From positions 240,838 through 304,837 of the forward strand of contig JABHDY010000003.1 in assembly GCA_018676855.1 (NCBI GenBank): a stretch of 64,000 nt of DNA, given 5' to 3'. The notes beneath the pieces are model-generated. The model searched no databases and was not told where the DNA came from. It was given only the letters and a program-made list of their open reading frames with translations. Every line of letters begins with the position of its first letter. Position 1 is the stretch's first letter. Source of the stretch: Candidatus Woesearchaeota archaeon. Its GTDB lineage: Archaea > Nanobdellota > Nanobdellia > Woesearchaeales > GW2011-AR9. Positions 28,805 to 39,149 of the stretch are shown here, piece after piece. Both the position numbers and the translations under genes were made by a program.

Positions 28805-29593
28805 ATGGTTGAGTCTATCAAAGAATTACGCGTCATATGTCAGAAGAAAGCACAATTGTATAACAAGAAAGGAGAAAAGAATACGTCCGAACCAATACAA
28901 GAATACATTTATGATAGGTTTCTAAGAGCAGTGTCAATATACATTACAAAAATAGTATTATACACACCCTTAACAAGTAACCAAGTGTCAGTCATATCAA
29001 TGATCGTTGGATTGTTTGCTGGTTTCTTATTCAGTTTTGCTCATCCATTGTACTGGATAGCAGGTTTTGTAGGATTACAATTCTTTCATTTCTTAGATGC
29101 AGTTGATGGTGAAGTTGCACGGTACAGAAAAGTTGCCAGTCCAATTGGCAAATATTTTGATTTGTTAGCACATGGTATTGTCATTGCAGCGTTTTATACG
29201 GGGATGACGTTTGGAATATTTAAAGCCACACAACACAAACTAGTTTTCATAATAGGATTCGTTTGTTTAGCATCATTTTTGTTAACGTCATTATCCGTTG
29301 CACTCAGAAAGTTTTTATTTTATCAATATGCAATTGTTGAAAAGAAATATGATTTAATGAATAAATCGTCTAAAACTACGAACGTTCATTCTTTAAAGTA
29401 TTTTGTACGAAGATTGTTTGGCTTTGACGGTTTTGCGTTCATTGTCCTATTCGTTACAATACTTGACATGATACTTACAAACACAATAAGTTTCAGATAC
29501 CTATTCTTAATAATATCTGCTATAGCAGGACCTTTACTATTTATCAAAAGTATGTGGGACACAAGTAAGATGAAAAAACTATTTCTTTCGTAA
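28805..29593 (+). CDS. CDP-alcohol phosphotransferase family protein
   Basis: DAVDGEVAR...SPIGKYFD signature; TM helices. Confidence 0.88.
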   Translation: MVESIKELRVICQKKAQLYNKKGEKNTSEPIQEYIYDRFLRAVSIYITKIVLYTPLTSNQVSVISMIVGLFAGFLFSFAHPLYWIAGFVGLQFFHFLDAVDGEVARYRKVASPIGKYFDLLAHGIVIAAFYTGMTFGIFKATQHKLVFIIGFVCLASFLLTSLSVALRKFLFYQYAIVEKKYDLMNKSSKTTNVHSLKYFVRRLFGFDGFAFIVLFVTILDMILTNTISFRYLFLIISAIAGPLLFIKSMWDTSKMKKLFLS

Positions 29594-30340
29594 CAATCCC
29601 AGATAATAATATTTTGGTAAGAACACATCTAAAAAGCTAACAAGCCAATAGGGAAGTTTAAACTTAAGTAACATTGGCAGCCTCAACACATTTATCAACT
29701 TTTTAGATTCAACAAGTGTAAAGTCTGGAAATATTGTTTTAATAATTCTATCGTCAAACGTTGGCAATTTACGTTTTTTCCGTACACTACCATACACTAA
29801 CCTATTACAAAAATTGATAAATGGTGAATTATAAAAATCAAAAAATAGTACGTACCCGCCACGTTTAACCTTTGAAGAAATGTTCTGTGCAATTTGTACA
29901 ACATCATCATGCGGAATAGCATTAAACAAATAGTTGCATAACACAACATCAAAATGGTTATCTTTGAACGGCATGTCGTACACATCTCCCTGGACAAACG
30001 TAATGCCAGGATTGTACTGCTTTGCAACGGTAATCGAATCCTGAATAAAGTCCATACCGTACACTTCTAAAGAAGATTTCTTTACATATGCTAAACAGTT
30101 AGTAAAAAAGCCGTGATGGCAGCCAACATCTAAAATGGCAGATTTTTGTAATTGAACCTTATGCTTATTTAACAATTGTATAAATTCCTGTGCTCTTCGA
30201 TAATCCCACCATAAACCGTGATGATTACGTTGTGAGAATTTGTTTGATACTGTTTGATCAAAATTGTCAGCACCAGAATTGTATCCTGTAGGATCATGAA
30301 TGTACCGTTCTTTTCTCTTCTGACGTACAGAAACCATCAT
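29579..30340 (-). CDS. Class I SAM-dependent methyltransferase
   Basis: ILDVGCHHG, MPFKDNHFDVV. Confidence 0.82.
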   Translation of the reverse strand: MMVSVRQKRKERYIHDPTGYNSGADNFDQTVSNKFSQRNHHGLWWDYRRAQEFIQLLNKHKVQLQKSAILDVGCHHGFFTNCLAYVKKSSLEVYGMDFIQDSITVAKQYNPGITFVQGDVYDMPFKDNHFDVVLCNYLFNAIPHDDVVQIAQNISSKVKRGGYVLFFDFYNSPFINFCNRLVYGSVRKKRKLPTFDDRIIKTIFPDFTLVESKKLINVLRLPMLLKFKLPYWLVSFLDVFLPKYYYLGLLRKK

Positions 30341-32277
30341 GCGACCCTAAACAAAATAAAACCGTCAAATTGTTGAACAAGGACAAACCTAAACGGTAAT
30401 GCTGCTGCATCATTAATCCTTTCTGTGATAAGTCCGCTAACCATTTCATTGGTCCACGAATCATCGTCCCTATACGAATCAGCCTTAACGGACTTAATAT
30501 CGCCGTATGTAAATGCTAAGTACTCGTATTCATGATCTTTTAAGAATTTGTATACTATGTTAATATCCTTTTCTACAATGCCCTGCCTGAACTCACGTTC
30601 ATCTTCACACCAGACACATGCGTCCATATTAACGCCAAGGACAAACCTGTTTGCTCTTTCACCGTACATGAAAACTTTACTGTTTAACGGTAAATTATCT
30701 TTCATCCATACTAAACCTGAAACTTCGCTAGGAATTAACCGTCCGCCTGGTGGCCAGCCAGGATTAGTATTATGAAAATATTTTGCATGGCCAGACGTTG
30801 CAAAGATTCCGCCAACGAGTAAAAGTAAAACGACTATCCAAAGAACTTTTTGTTTCTTAAACAAGTTAGCTACTGTTAACATACCAAAGCCGACAAGGAT
30901 AGAGAACGGAATGGCAAGGAGCATCCACATTCTAAACGCGCCAAAACCTATTGGAAGGTTAAATGTCATTGAATTGACAAACAAAAAAGTAAACAGGAAC
31001 CATACAAGAACAACCATTAACCAATAATTTTTTGCTTTGAAAACTTTTTTATATTTTGCAAAGATAAATACAAGAACGATAACTAATAAAATTGAGACAA
31101 CAATTCCCCATCCAATCGGTTGGTTAATCATGTTCGTTTTCTGTGCCGTAAAAAAATCTGCAAACGTGTAAACACGGGTTGCACTTCCACCGTCAGGACT
31201 AAACGTTCGCATGAACGCTGAACCAAACTGTGACAGAACAGAGGCGCTACCTGACGCTGCACCTTCAATAGCTGTTCCTGGCCGTGCCTGCATACGTATC
31301 ATATCTTTATACTTAAATGCCCACCAAAATAATGATAAAATTATTCCGTAGAGTGCAGATAATGCAATATGTTTCTGAAATTTTTTGGTATATATCCATT
31401 TGACAATAAAATAAATTGCTGCCATAATGCCCAACTTAATTGCTTGGTACGGATGTGTTAAAAGTATTGCACCTGTCGCAATTCCTGTAATGTACGTCCA
31501 TTTGGTATCTTTCGAAATCATTTCATAACAATAAATGAGTATAAAGAACAGTCCAGGGATAAGACTATGTGACCAGACAAAATGGCTCAGATAAGCAGGA
31601 ATCATAGATAAAATGAACGTTGACGCTAATGCCACGTACGAACTTTTTGTTAACACCTTTACCATAAAGAAGAAAAATAAGAAGCCGAGAGCAATGACAA
31701 GCGCGTTAAAGAATTTTATTGTCCATTGTGCATCGGGACTTGTTTGATGAAGGACACCCATCATCATTGAATATGCTGGCGGGTACGGGTCAAGATAATT
31801 TACTTGCCTAAAATAATCAACATCTAACGTTTTTTCCGTTGCAACATATTTCATCTCTCGGACATATACCCACGGATCGTCATCTTCCATATACGAATAT
31901 GCTAAACTTCCCGATGCGTACGTGTACAAGTTAAATGCGAAAAGTAATAAGAGTATAACGTATATTATTTGTTTCTTATTAATTTTTGACGGAAGTTTGA
32001 AATCTGAAATTATATTTTTTCTCCTTTTGATTACTGTGTAGAGGACTGTTATGATTGACAGTATAAGAAATACCCACCAATACAATGGAACATGTAACGT
32101 GTTAAGAATAACGCCAACAACGGTAAATGTACACATTCCAATACCAACATGCATAATGTTCTTTTCAAAATTGTCTCTCGTATCTTTTATCTTTAATATA
32201 TGAGATACTGAATACCCAAAACCCCACATATACACAAAAAACAGAATAATTGTTACAATGTTCATTAGTGAGCCCAT
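30337..32277 (-). CDS. Polytopic membrane protein, GT-C-fold glycosyltransferase-like
   Basis: About 13 TM segments, EDDDPW acidic motif in the first external loop, YPP, soluble C-terminal domain. Confidence 0.55.
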   Translation of the reverse strand: MGSLMNIVTIILFFVYMWGFGYSVSHILKIKDTRDNFEKNIMHVGIGMCTFTVVGVILNTLHVPLYWWVFLILSIITVLYTVIKRRKNIISDFKLPSKINKKQIIYVILLLLFAFNLYTYASGSLAYSYMEDDDPWVYVREMKYVATEKTLDVDYFRQVNYLDPYPPAYSMMMGVLHQTSPDAQWTIKFFNALVIALGFLFFFFMVKVLTKSSYVALASTFILSMIPAYLSHFVWSHSLIPGLFFILIYCYEMISKDTKWTYITGIATGAILLTHPYQAIKLGIMAAIYFIVKWIYTKKFQKHIALSALYGIILSLFWWAFKYKDMIRMQARPGTAIEGAASGSASVLSQFGSAFMRTFSPDGGSATRVYTFADFFTAQKTNMINQPIGWGIVVSILLVIVLVFIFAKYKKVFKAKNYWLMVVLVWFLFTFLFVNSMTFNLPIGFGAFRMWMLLAIPFSILVGFGMLTVANLFKKQKVLWIVVLLLLVGGIFATSGHAKYFHNTNPGWPPGGRLIPSEVSGLVWMKDNLPLNSKVFMYGERANRFVLGVNMDACVWCEDEREFRQGIVEKDINIVYKFLKDHEYEYLAFTYGDIKSVKADSYRDDDSWTNEMVSGLITERINDAAALPFRFVLVQQFDGFILFRVA

Positions 32278-32285
32278 AATTACTA

Positions 32286-32299
32286 AAATTTATAAATAT
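32286..32299. promoter_or_regulatory. TATA box in a roughly 40 bp divergent intergenic gap (possibly bidirectional)
   Basis: aaatttataaatat between divergent starts at 32277 and 32319. Confidence 0.4.
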
Positions 32300-32318
32300 T
32301 GTGATTGCTGAGTCATGT

Positions 32319-33029
32319 ATGGACGATATAAATTATGACCATATTGAAAAGATGGAAGCCCATAATTGGTGGTATAAGGGAAAGAGAGACATATTTGACA
32401 ATATATTGTCTAAAAAGAAAAAGAAATTTACTTCTGCACTTGATATTGGCTGTGGTGTTGGTTCCCATTTAGGTGTTCTTAAGAAACATGCAGAAAATGT
32501 TGAGGGTATTGACTTTTCTGCAAAGGCAGTATCGTACTGTAAAGCAAAAGGATGGAACACTGTTTCTAAAGGCGATGTCTGTAACCTTTCTCGAAATACG
32601 AAATATGACGTGGTCTTATGCTCAGAATTGTTGGAACATGTTGATGATGTAAAGGCTGTTACAGAAATTTCGTCAGTGATGACAAAAGGTGGAGTGTTTA
32701 TCTTTTCCGTTCCTGCCCATTCATATTTATGGAACGATAATGATATATTGAGTCATCATAAAAGAAGGTATGAAAAGAAACGGTTACGGAAGTTGTTAGA
32801 AAAAGATTTTACCATTCGCCGATTAAGTTACTGGAATTCTGTACTGTTCCTACCAACATGGCTATTTTATAAATTTAAACGAAAAGGTACGATGACTAAC
32901 AATCTTAATTTGGTACCAAAAGGGTTAAATGGATTATTGTACAAAATATTAAAGTTTGAGAATATGTTATTTCATAAAATTATGATGCCACAGGGAATAA
33001 CTCTTATTGGAGTGTGTACAAAAAAATGA
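32319..33029 (+). CDS. Class I SAM-dependent methyltransferase
   Basis: HNWWY, LDIGCGVG, ELLEHVDD, SVPAH...HHKRRY. Confidence 0.85.
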   Translation: MDDINYDHIEKMEAHNWWYKGKRDIFDNILSKKKKKFTSALDIGCGVGSHLGVLKKHAENVEGIDFSAKAVSYCKAKGWNTVSKGDVCNLSRNTKYDVVLCSELLEHVDDVKAVTEISSVMTKGGVFIFSVPAHSYLWNDNDILSHHKRRYEKKRLRKLLEKDFTIRRLSYWNSVLFLPTWLFYKFKRKGTMTNNLNLVPKGLNGLLYKILKFENMLFHKIMMPQGITLIGVCTKK

Positions 33030-33640
33030 ACTTTACGCAGAACGTTATGAAACTGATAATAAGGAATATTAAAGGGAAGGCAGTATTAGATATTGGCAGT
33101 GCCGGCCAGGGAAATGTTAATTCCGATACGTGGATATTTGGCACATTACAAAAGTATGCGTCGTCACTTAAAGGCATTGATATTGAACCGTGTAATGATC
33201 CTAATGTTACGGTTGGAAGTGCAGAAACATTTTCTTTCCGTGAAAAGTTTGACGTGATAACACTATTTGACGTTATTGAACATGTAGATAATGTTGGTAT
33301 TGCGTTAGAGAACATGAAAAAACATTTGAATGACGGTGGGAAGGTTATTATGACAACACCGAACATGACAAGTATTGGTCCATTTCTTGACGTGTTGTTA
33401 TTGCGTGGAATTAAAAGTAATAAGACCCATACACTTGGGTATAACGCAAAGATGTTACATTATATGTTACGGAAACACGGATTTAAAGATATTAAGATTA
33501 AATTTGATAAGTATCCACTTGCGGGAAACCATACTGGTGTAAAGAAACTATTTTCTGTTTTGAGATGTGTGTGTACATATCCTATAACTAGTATTTGGAA
33601 AGAATTTTCTCCCACATTATATGTAAGTGCTAAAGTATAA
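33026..33640 (+). CDS. Class I SAM-dependent methyltransferase
   Basis: VLDIGSAG, DVIEHVDN, TTPN; ATGA overlap with the upstream gene. Confidence 0.82.
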   Translation: MNFTQNVMKLIIRNIKGKAVLDIGSAGQGNVNSDTWIFGTLQKYASSLKGIDIEPCNDPNVTVGSAETFSFREKFDVITLFDVIEHVDNVGIALENMKKHLNDGGKVIMTTPNMTSIGPFLDVLLLRGIKSNKTHTLGYNAKMLHYMLRKHGFKDIKIKFDKYPLAGNHTGVKKLFSVLRCVCTYPITSIWKEFSPTLYVSAKV

Positions 33641-35489
33641 CGTTATCTTGTTCAATAAACTGTTTGTACCACATATGAAAATTTATCAATGTCCACATTT
33701 GCCTACTGTAAAATAACGGCGACTTTTTGTAATTTTTTGTTATGGTCTGTATGTACTGTTTGTTAAAGTATGGATTTTTCATGAGTTCTTCTGTAAGAGG
33801 TTGCAGTTCTTTCAACCAATGATCGATAGGAACAAAGAACCGTTGTTTCTTTTGCGTGTGCCGTTTATGTGGCAACCTATTTTTCATAGTATTTCTAAGA
33901 ATGTACTTATCTTTCATTCCCTGCAACTTTTGTTTTTCTGGCAGTTTAGATGCAAACTCAACAACACGGTGGTCCAGGAAGGGTACTCTTGCTTCAATTC
34001 CGTGCGCCATGGTATTCTTATCAACTTTCATTAACAAATTTTCTGTTAGCAACTCTTTATTTTCAAACAATAATTGTTGGTTTAATGTATGGTTCTTATA
34101 TGTTTGATGAATACGTTTTCCCACAGGATTTGTTTGAACTTCTTTCAATAAATCGTTCTTTGTTGCTTTTTGTTTTTCTTTATCCGTAAAGATTGAAATC
34201 ATGCTTAAGAGAGCTTCCGTATCATTATTGGTTGAGATGAATTCTATCATTCGTTTCTTACCTTCCTCTCCAAGAGATTCCATATACGAAAAGAATGGTT
34301 TATAGTATTTGGACGGAATTCTTTGTAGAATTTTTCCTACTGACTTTCTTAATGAGAGAGGTATCTTTTGTATGTACTTCTTATGTAACATCATAAATTT
34401 TTCTTGTTCATACCCTGCAAACTGTTCGTCCGCACCCTCTCCCGTTAACACAACTGTAACACTCTTTTTGGCTTCCTTAGATAATAAATATGTTGGGATA
34501 GATGTCGGATCTCCCATAGGTTCATCTTGATGATACACAATTTGTGGTAAATGTTTAATAGAATTCATACCAATATGAAGTTCTGTATGGTCAGTATTGA
34601 AATGGTTCGCCATAATTTTTGCTCGTGACAGTTCAGATTCAGCATTTTCAAACCCAACAGAAAAAGTTTTGATATTATTTGAGAAATGTGTCATGAGTGA
34701 AACTATTGCTGACGAATCAACACCGCCCGATAAATAGACGCCTAACGGCACGTCAGACATTAATCTTTTTCCGACAGAATCTTTCAGTAACGGATAAAGT
34801 TGATTATTATGTTTTGGAACGGGATTCATCACAATGTTCCAATATTTTTTAATAGTAATTTTGTTATTTTTTAGGGTTAACGTATGTCCAGGTTGTAATT
34901 TAAATATGTTTTTGAACATTGTTTCTGGTAATGGATTGGTATAGAACGAAAGGTAATTGTTAAGTGCTTTTACATTAACAGTTCTTTTTACTTCGTCAGA
35001 TACTAAGATAGCTTTAATCTCTGACGCAAAATAAAAGTTATTTTTTATTTTTGTATAGTATAATGGTTTAATTCCCATCCTGTCTCGTGCAAGGAATAAA
35101 GATTTAGTTTTTGTATTGTAAATGGCAAACGCAAAACAACCGTTAAATTTTGTTACGCATTTCTCACCGTACTCTTCATACGCATGAACAATAACTTCCG
35201 TATCAGTTTTAGATTTGAAACGGTGACCTTTCCGTTGTAATTCCGTTTTTAACTCTTTATAATTATATATTTCACCGTTAAAAATGAGTTGTAATGAACC
35301 GTCCTCGTTTGACATTGGTTGACGACCATCTTTTGATAAGTCAATAATAGATAGTCTTCTATGTCCTAGACAGATAGTACTATCAGTATAATAATTATGT
35401 TGATCAGGACCCCTATGCTGTAATAGGGAAGTCATACGTTTGATAAGTTTTTTATCTTCAAATCCGTAAAAACCTGCAATGCCACACAT
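33630..35489 (-). CDS. asnB: Asparagine synthase-like glutamine amidotransferase (glycan amidation, WbpS-type)
   Basis: MCGIAG, HRGPD, FNGEIYN, LSGGVDSS, LTGEGADE, EARVPFLD. Confidence 0.92.
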   Translation of the reverse strand: MCGIAGFYGFEDKKLIKRMTSLLQHRGPDQHNYYTDSTICLGHRRLSIIDLSKDGRQPMSNEDGSLQLIFNGEIYNYKELKTELQRKGHRFKSKTDTEVIVHAYEEYGEKCVTKFNGCFAFAIYNTKTKSLFLARDRMGIKPLYYTKIKNNFYFASEIKAILVSDEVKRTVNVKALNNYLSFYTNPLPETMFKNIFKLQPGHTLTLKNNKITIKKYWNIVMNPVPKHNNQLYPLLKDSVGKRLMSDVPLGVYLSGGVDSSAIVSLMTHFSNNIKTFSVGFENAESELSRAKIMANHFNTDHTELHIGMNSIKHLPQIVYHQDEPMGDPTSIPTYLLSKEAKKSVTVVLTGEGADEQFAGYEQEKFMMLHKKYIQKIPLSLRKSVGKILQRIPSKYYKPFFSYMESLGEEGKKRMIEFISTNNDTEALLSMISIFTDKEKQKATKNDLLKEVQTNPVGKRIHQTYKNHTLNQQLLFENKELLTENLLMKVDKNTMAHGIEARVPFLDHRVVEFASKLPEKQKLQGMKDKYILRNTMKNRLPHKRHTQKKQRFFVPIDHWLKELQPLTEELMKNPYFNKQYIQTITKNYKKSPLFYSRQMWTLINFHMWYKQFIEQDNVIL

Positions 35490-35576
35490 ATGAATATGTG
35501 TAAAAAGTCGTTTATTAAAGGTTATGAAACCCTGTAATTCACAATCTTTTTAAAACACTGTAATTCTGAAAGTTTC

Positions 35577-36515
35577 ATGACAAAACACCTTTCGGTCGTC
35601 CTTCCAGTACATAATGAAGAGAAAAATATTGAATATTTGTACAATGAGTTAAAGGAAGCGTTGAAAGATATTGAATATGAATTAGTATTTGTTGATGATG
35701 GGAGTAGAGACACATCATTTTCAATCATGGAATCGTTTGCTGCTAAAGATAAGAATGTTAAAATTGTAAAATTATTATCAAATTATGGACAAAGTACGGC
35801 ACTGGCAGCCGGCTGTGAACATGCAACGGGCGAAAATATTGTTACTATGGACTCTGATTTACAGCATGATCCGAAAGACATTATGTCATTAATTGAACCC
35901 TTATCAAAGGGGTACCATGTAGTATGTGGATGGAGACAAAAAAGGGGAGATTCGTTTGTTAAGAAGGGTTTACCTTCACGGTTCGCCAATTTTTTAGTTA
36001 ATAAAATGTTAAAGTTAAACTTGCACGATTCTGTTGGTGGTATGAAAGCGTTCAAGAAAAGGGTTGTTGAAGTTGTTCCCATGTACGGCGATATGCATCG
36101 ATACCTTCCAGTACTTGCTAAATGGAAGGGCTTTAGAATTACTGAAAGGCCGATAAAAGTTAGAGAGAGAAAAGCGGGTAAGACGCACTATAAAATGAGT
36201 CGTTTGTTTCGAGGTTTTTTAGATCTGATGACTGTCAAATTTTTCATTTCGTACTCAACACGACCATTTCACATTTTTGCCAAAATTGGTTTTGTAAGTT
36301 TCATTATTGGGTTCGGGATAGGATTTTATTACCTTCTTATGAAAATCTTTTTTGGCGTTTTTTTAATGCAAGAAATTGCGTCATTGATATTATCAGTAAT
36401 GTTAATAGTATTAGGCATTAACTTTATTTGTTTCGGTTTTATAGCAGACATGATAAGTTTCGATGCCATATCTTCTCGTAAAAGGAAAGTGTATTTGGTT
36501 GAAAAGGTAGTGTGA
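35577..36515 (+). CDS. GT2 glycosyltransferase (polyprenol-phosphate sugar synthase-like)
   Basis: SVVLPVHNEE, VDDGS, MDSDLQHDP, two C-terminal TM helices. Confidence 0.9.
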   Translation: MTKHLSVVLPVHNEEKNIEYLYNELKEALKDIEYELVFVDDGSRDTSFSIMESFAAKDKNVKIVKLLSNYGQSTALAAGCEHATGENIVTMDSDLQHDPKDIMSLIEPLSKGYHVVCGWRQKRGDSFVKKGLPSRFANFLVNKMLKLNLHDSVGGMKAFKKRVVEVVPMYGDMHRYLPVLAKWKGFRITERPIKVRERKAGKTHYKMSRLFRGFLDLMTVKFFISYSTRPFHIFAKIGFVSFIIGFGIGFYYLLMKIFFGVFLMQEIASLILSVMLIVLGINFICFGFIADMISFDAISSRKRKVYLVEKVV

Positions 36516-36563
36516 TGTAATAATTTTCTAGAACTATATTATCTTTTCCATTCGTTAGTTACA

Positions 36564-36890
36564 TTAAAATAAACCATTTGGTCGTTCAATCAATACTAGA
36601 TCTCCAATGTCAACAGATTCAGGACGAACAGGAAAAAGTTTTCTTTTCATCCTGTGAGGCTTTTCACCATTAATTGGTTCAGAATGATATGTAGTACAGA
36701 ATTTCAATTTTCCATTTGGCGCTTCATCACTTACAGGTATTAATCCAACAAAATAAAGTGTTCGTGTGTCAAGGGCGTCCTGTTTATCATCCCTTTTGTA
36801 TGTTTTAGTTACCTCAACAATTTCAGTAGGTTCTAAACCAAGTCGTAATACATCCTTGTATTCCATAGCTGGAAGCAATAATATAATCAT
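36564..36890 (-). CDS. Hypothetical protein
   Basis: 108-aa ORF co-oriented with neighbours; no recognisable motif. Confidence 0.45.
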   Translation of the reverse strand: MIILLLPAMEYKDVLRLGLEPTEIVEVTKTYKRDDKQDALDTRTLYFVGLIPVSDEAPNGKLKFCTTYHSEPINGEKPHRMKRKLFPVRPESVDIGDLVLIERPNGLF

Positions 36891-36928
36891 ATATAAATTT
36901 TATTAAATAATAATATGGTCTCTTGTAA

Positions 36929-38263
36929 CTAATCTCTCTGTAAAGAATATGCAACAGGTTTTATCTCTCTAAGTTTATTCTGAGTTTCTTCATCTATCCT
37001 TAGTCCCCGATCACTATCAAGTATTTCACACGTTTCTGGTCGAGGTAAACCTAAATCAGAAAACAAATGAATTATTTGCCTTTGTATCCTTTTTAATATA
37101 TCATGACCACGTGAACCCCTACTTTTTCCGGTCCAATGTTCATGACTACCAACATACACTTCACCATTTTCAATCAAGTTATCTAACCTTTTTTCAACAA
37201 GGTTATTTCCTTTGTGTAAAAAAGGACAACTAACAACCATCTTTCCGTTAAATGCATCTATATAATTTTGTTCTTGTTCCAATTCCTGTTCTTCTTTTTT
37301 TGGTGCAAGTTCTGATTTTAATACGTCTAATGATTCAATACTTGAAAATCTGTCTGGTTCTGTTCTTAAACGATCTTGATATTCTCCATTATTACCCAAT
37401 AAACGTTTAACGTGTAATAAAGATCTCATAAATTTTCCTAACTGTCCTTTTGAATTATATCTAAGGACATCCGGATTACTTTTTACTAAAGCCATAGTAT
37501 CTTCATTTGATAATTCAGCATGTAGAGCATGATATGTAACATCAATATCTGTAATAGAAACATCTTGCACAGATTGTGCAATAGGAGCAGGTAAGCCAAA
37601 TTCATTAATTAAATAGTCCGTAGTATGGTTTGTATAATTTTCTTCAGATGGTATTACAACTTCTTCTTTAACTTCTATAACTGTTTGTTTAGTTTTAGAC
37701 ACTTGTTTTGTTTCTTGTGGGAAGAGCATTCTTGAAAGGGTATCACTTGTACCCTTTCTCATATACTTCTTCTTTTCCAAAGTTTCTAAAATGTCTTTAA
37801 ATGTAGCCTGTGAATCTTCAGACTGTGGTATTACAACTTGATCATTGAATCTTTCAATTTCTGGTGCAACATCTTCAGTTTCTAGTTTAAGGTAATTATT
37901 ATCTTGTAAATAACAAATCTCGTTTCTAACAAACCTATAAACGCAAGAACGATCATAATCTGTAATTTCTTCTGAGTTCTCTTTTCTAACTAAAAAAGCG
38001 ACGACGTCTGAAAGATCTTCTGACATTGTTTTACGAAGTTCATAAGTTGCAACAGCACGATAAAATTCACCTACTGGATCCTTACCTTTTGTTTTATGTC
38101 CAATCATCCCTATACTAGTTTGCGTAAACTCACGAACACTTTCTAACTCACTACGACTAGGTTTAGTAAAAATTATCTTTCTAATAATAATGTCCCTAAT
38201 AGAATTCCTTCTACTTTCACGTAATTCTTCTATTTCTGATAATGAAGTAAATCTTCTAGCCAT
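36929..38263 (-). CDS. Hypothetical soluble protein
   Basis: 444-aa ORF with TTTATAAA upstream; no confident family. Confidence 0.7.
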   Translation of the reverse strand: MARRFTSLSEIEELRESRRNSIRDIIIRKIIFTKPSRSELESVREFTQTSIGMIGHKTKGKDPVGEFYRAVATYELRKTMSEDLSDVVAFLVRKENSEEITDYDRSCVYRFVRNEICYLQDNNYLKLETEDVAPEIERFNDQVVIPQSEDSQATFKDILETLEKKKYMRKGTSDTLSRMLFPQETKQVSKTKQTVIEVKEEVVIPSEENYTNHTTDYLINEFGLPAPIAQSVQDVSITDIDVTYHALHAELSNEDTMALVKSNPDVLRYNSKGQLGKFMRSLLHVKRLLGNNGEYQDRLRTEPDRFSSIESLDVLKSELAPKKEEQELEQEQNYIDAFNGKMVVSCPFLHKGNNLVEKRLDNLIENGEVYVGSHEHWTGKSRGSRGHDILKRIQRQIIHLFSDLGLPRPETCEILDSDRGLRIDEETQNKLREIKPVAYSLQRD

Positions 38264-38327
38264 AATAAATTCTTAAAAAAAGCTGTTTATAAATGTTTGC
38301 ACTTATTGTTACTAAATAGTAAAGAAA

Positions 38328-39098
38328 CTATTCAAGCAACGTATACTCAGAACTTAACGTTACATCGGACGTTTTTGCAAGGCCAATACCTAACTTGGTT
38401 AATTGGAACCTTTCAAGAATAACTTCTGATTCGTTCTCTATTGTGTAAATAACAAGTTCTACAGGTAAACCTGAATATGTATCAATAAACATCCGTTCAC
38501 TATTTTCTTCTTCGTTAATATATTCTACTACAATTGCGTCTCGACCTTCAACTTTTTTCCTATCAACGATCTCTGCATTGTACGGAACACGTTCAAGCAA
38601 TTTCAGTGGTGTTGATTCTAATTCCGTATAATTAATAGAATATGATTTTAAGTTATAATCGCAACTTAATCCAATTGAACATGAAGCTAACGCAGTTGTT
38701 CCATCATAGTACACTTCATTATAATACATATCTTCCGCAAACTTAAGATTATCAACAAACCGTATTTTTGTATTTCCGTCACGTACATAAAACGTGTATG
38801 TTGGTAACGGTTCTAACTTACCACGTTCTGATAAGAATCGTCCTACAAAGAAATATTTATAATTTGTTTGATCTTGTGCCTTTTGTATTAATCCTGTTAA
38901 TTCATTTTCTACTTGTGGTTCTGTAACAGGTTCTTCAACTTTTGGAACGTCCGTTACAACGGGTTCAATAACTTCTGGTTGTTGTTCTTCTTCAACGCAT
39001 AATGATTCATCCGTTACTATTGAACCATCTGGACATTCAATGTTTTGTGTACAACCTACTATTAATACAGTTAGTATAAGAAGATATAATAATTTCAT
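38328..39098 (-). CDS. Putative lipoprotein (LolA/DUF2092-like fold); start reassigned to MKLLYL
   Basis: IVGC lipobox, CPDG..C knot, Pro/Glu linker, [12 protein letters not shown]; TATA motif just upstream. Confidence 0.7.
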   Translation of the reverse strand: MKLLYLLILTVLIVGCTQNIECPDGSIVTDESLCVEEEQQPEVIEPVVTDVPKVEEPVTEPQVENELTGLIQKAQDQTNYKYFFVGRFLSERGKLEPLPTYTFYVRDGNTKIRFVDNLKFAEDMYYNEVYYDGTTALASCSIGLSCDYNLKSYSINYTELESTPLKLLERVPYNAEIVDRKKVEGRDAIVVEYINEEENSERMFIDTYSGLPVELVIYTIENESEVILERFQLTKLGIGLAKTSDVTLSSEYTLLE

Positions 39099-39114
39099 GT
39101 TAGTAAGGATATTG

Positions 39115-39131
39115 AGGTCGTATATAAATTT
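39115..39131 (-). promoter_or_regulatory. Duplicated TATA-containing promoter (copy 1)
   Basis: AGGTCGTATATAAATTT identical to 41775..41791; both lie 16-17 bp upstream of a lipoprotein ATG. Confidence 0.6.
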
Positions 39132-39149
39132 AATTGATTCTTTCAAATT

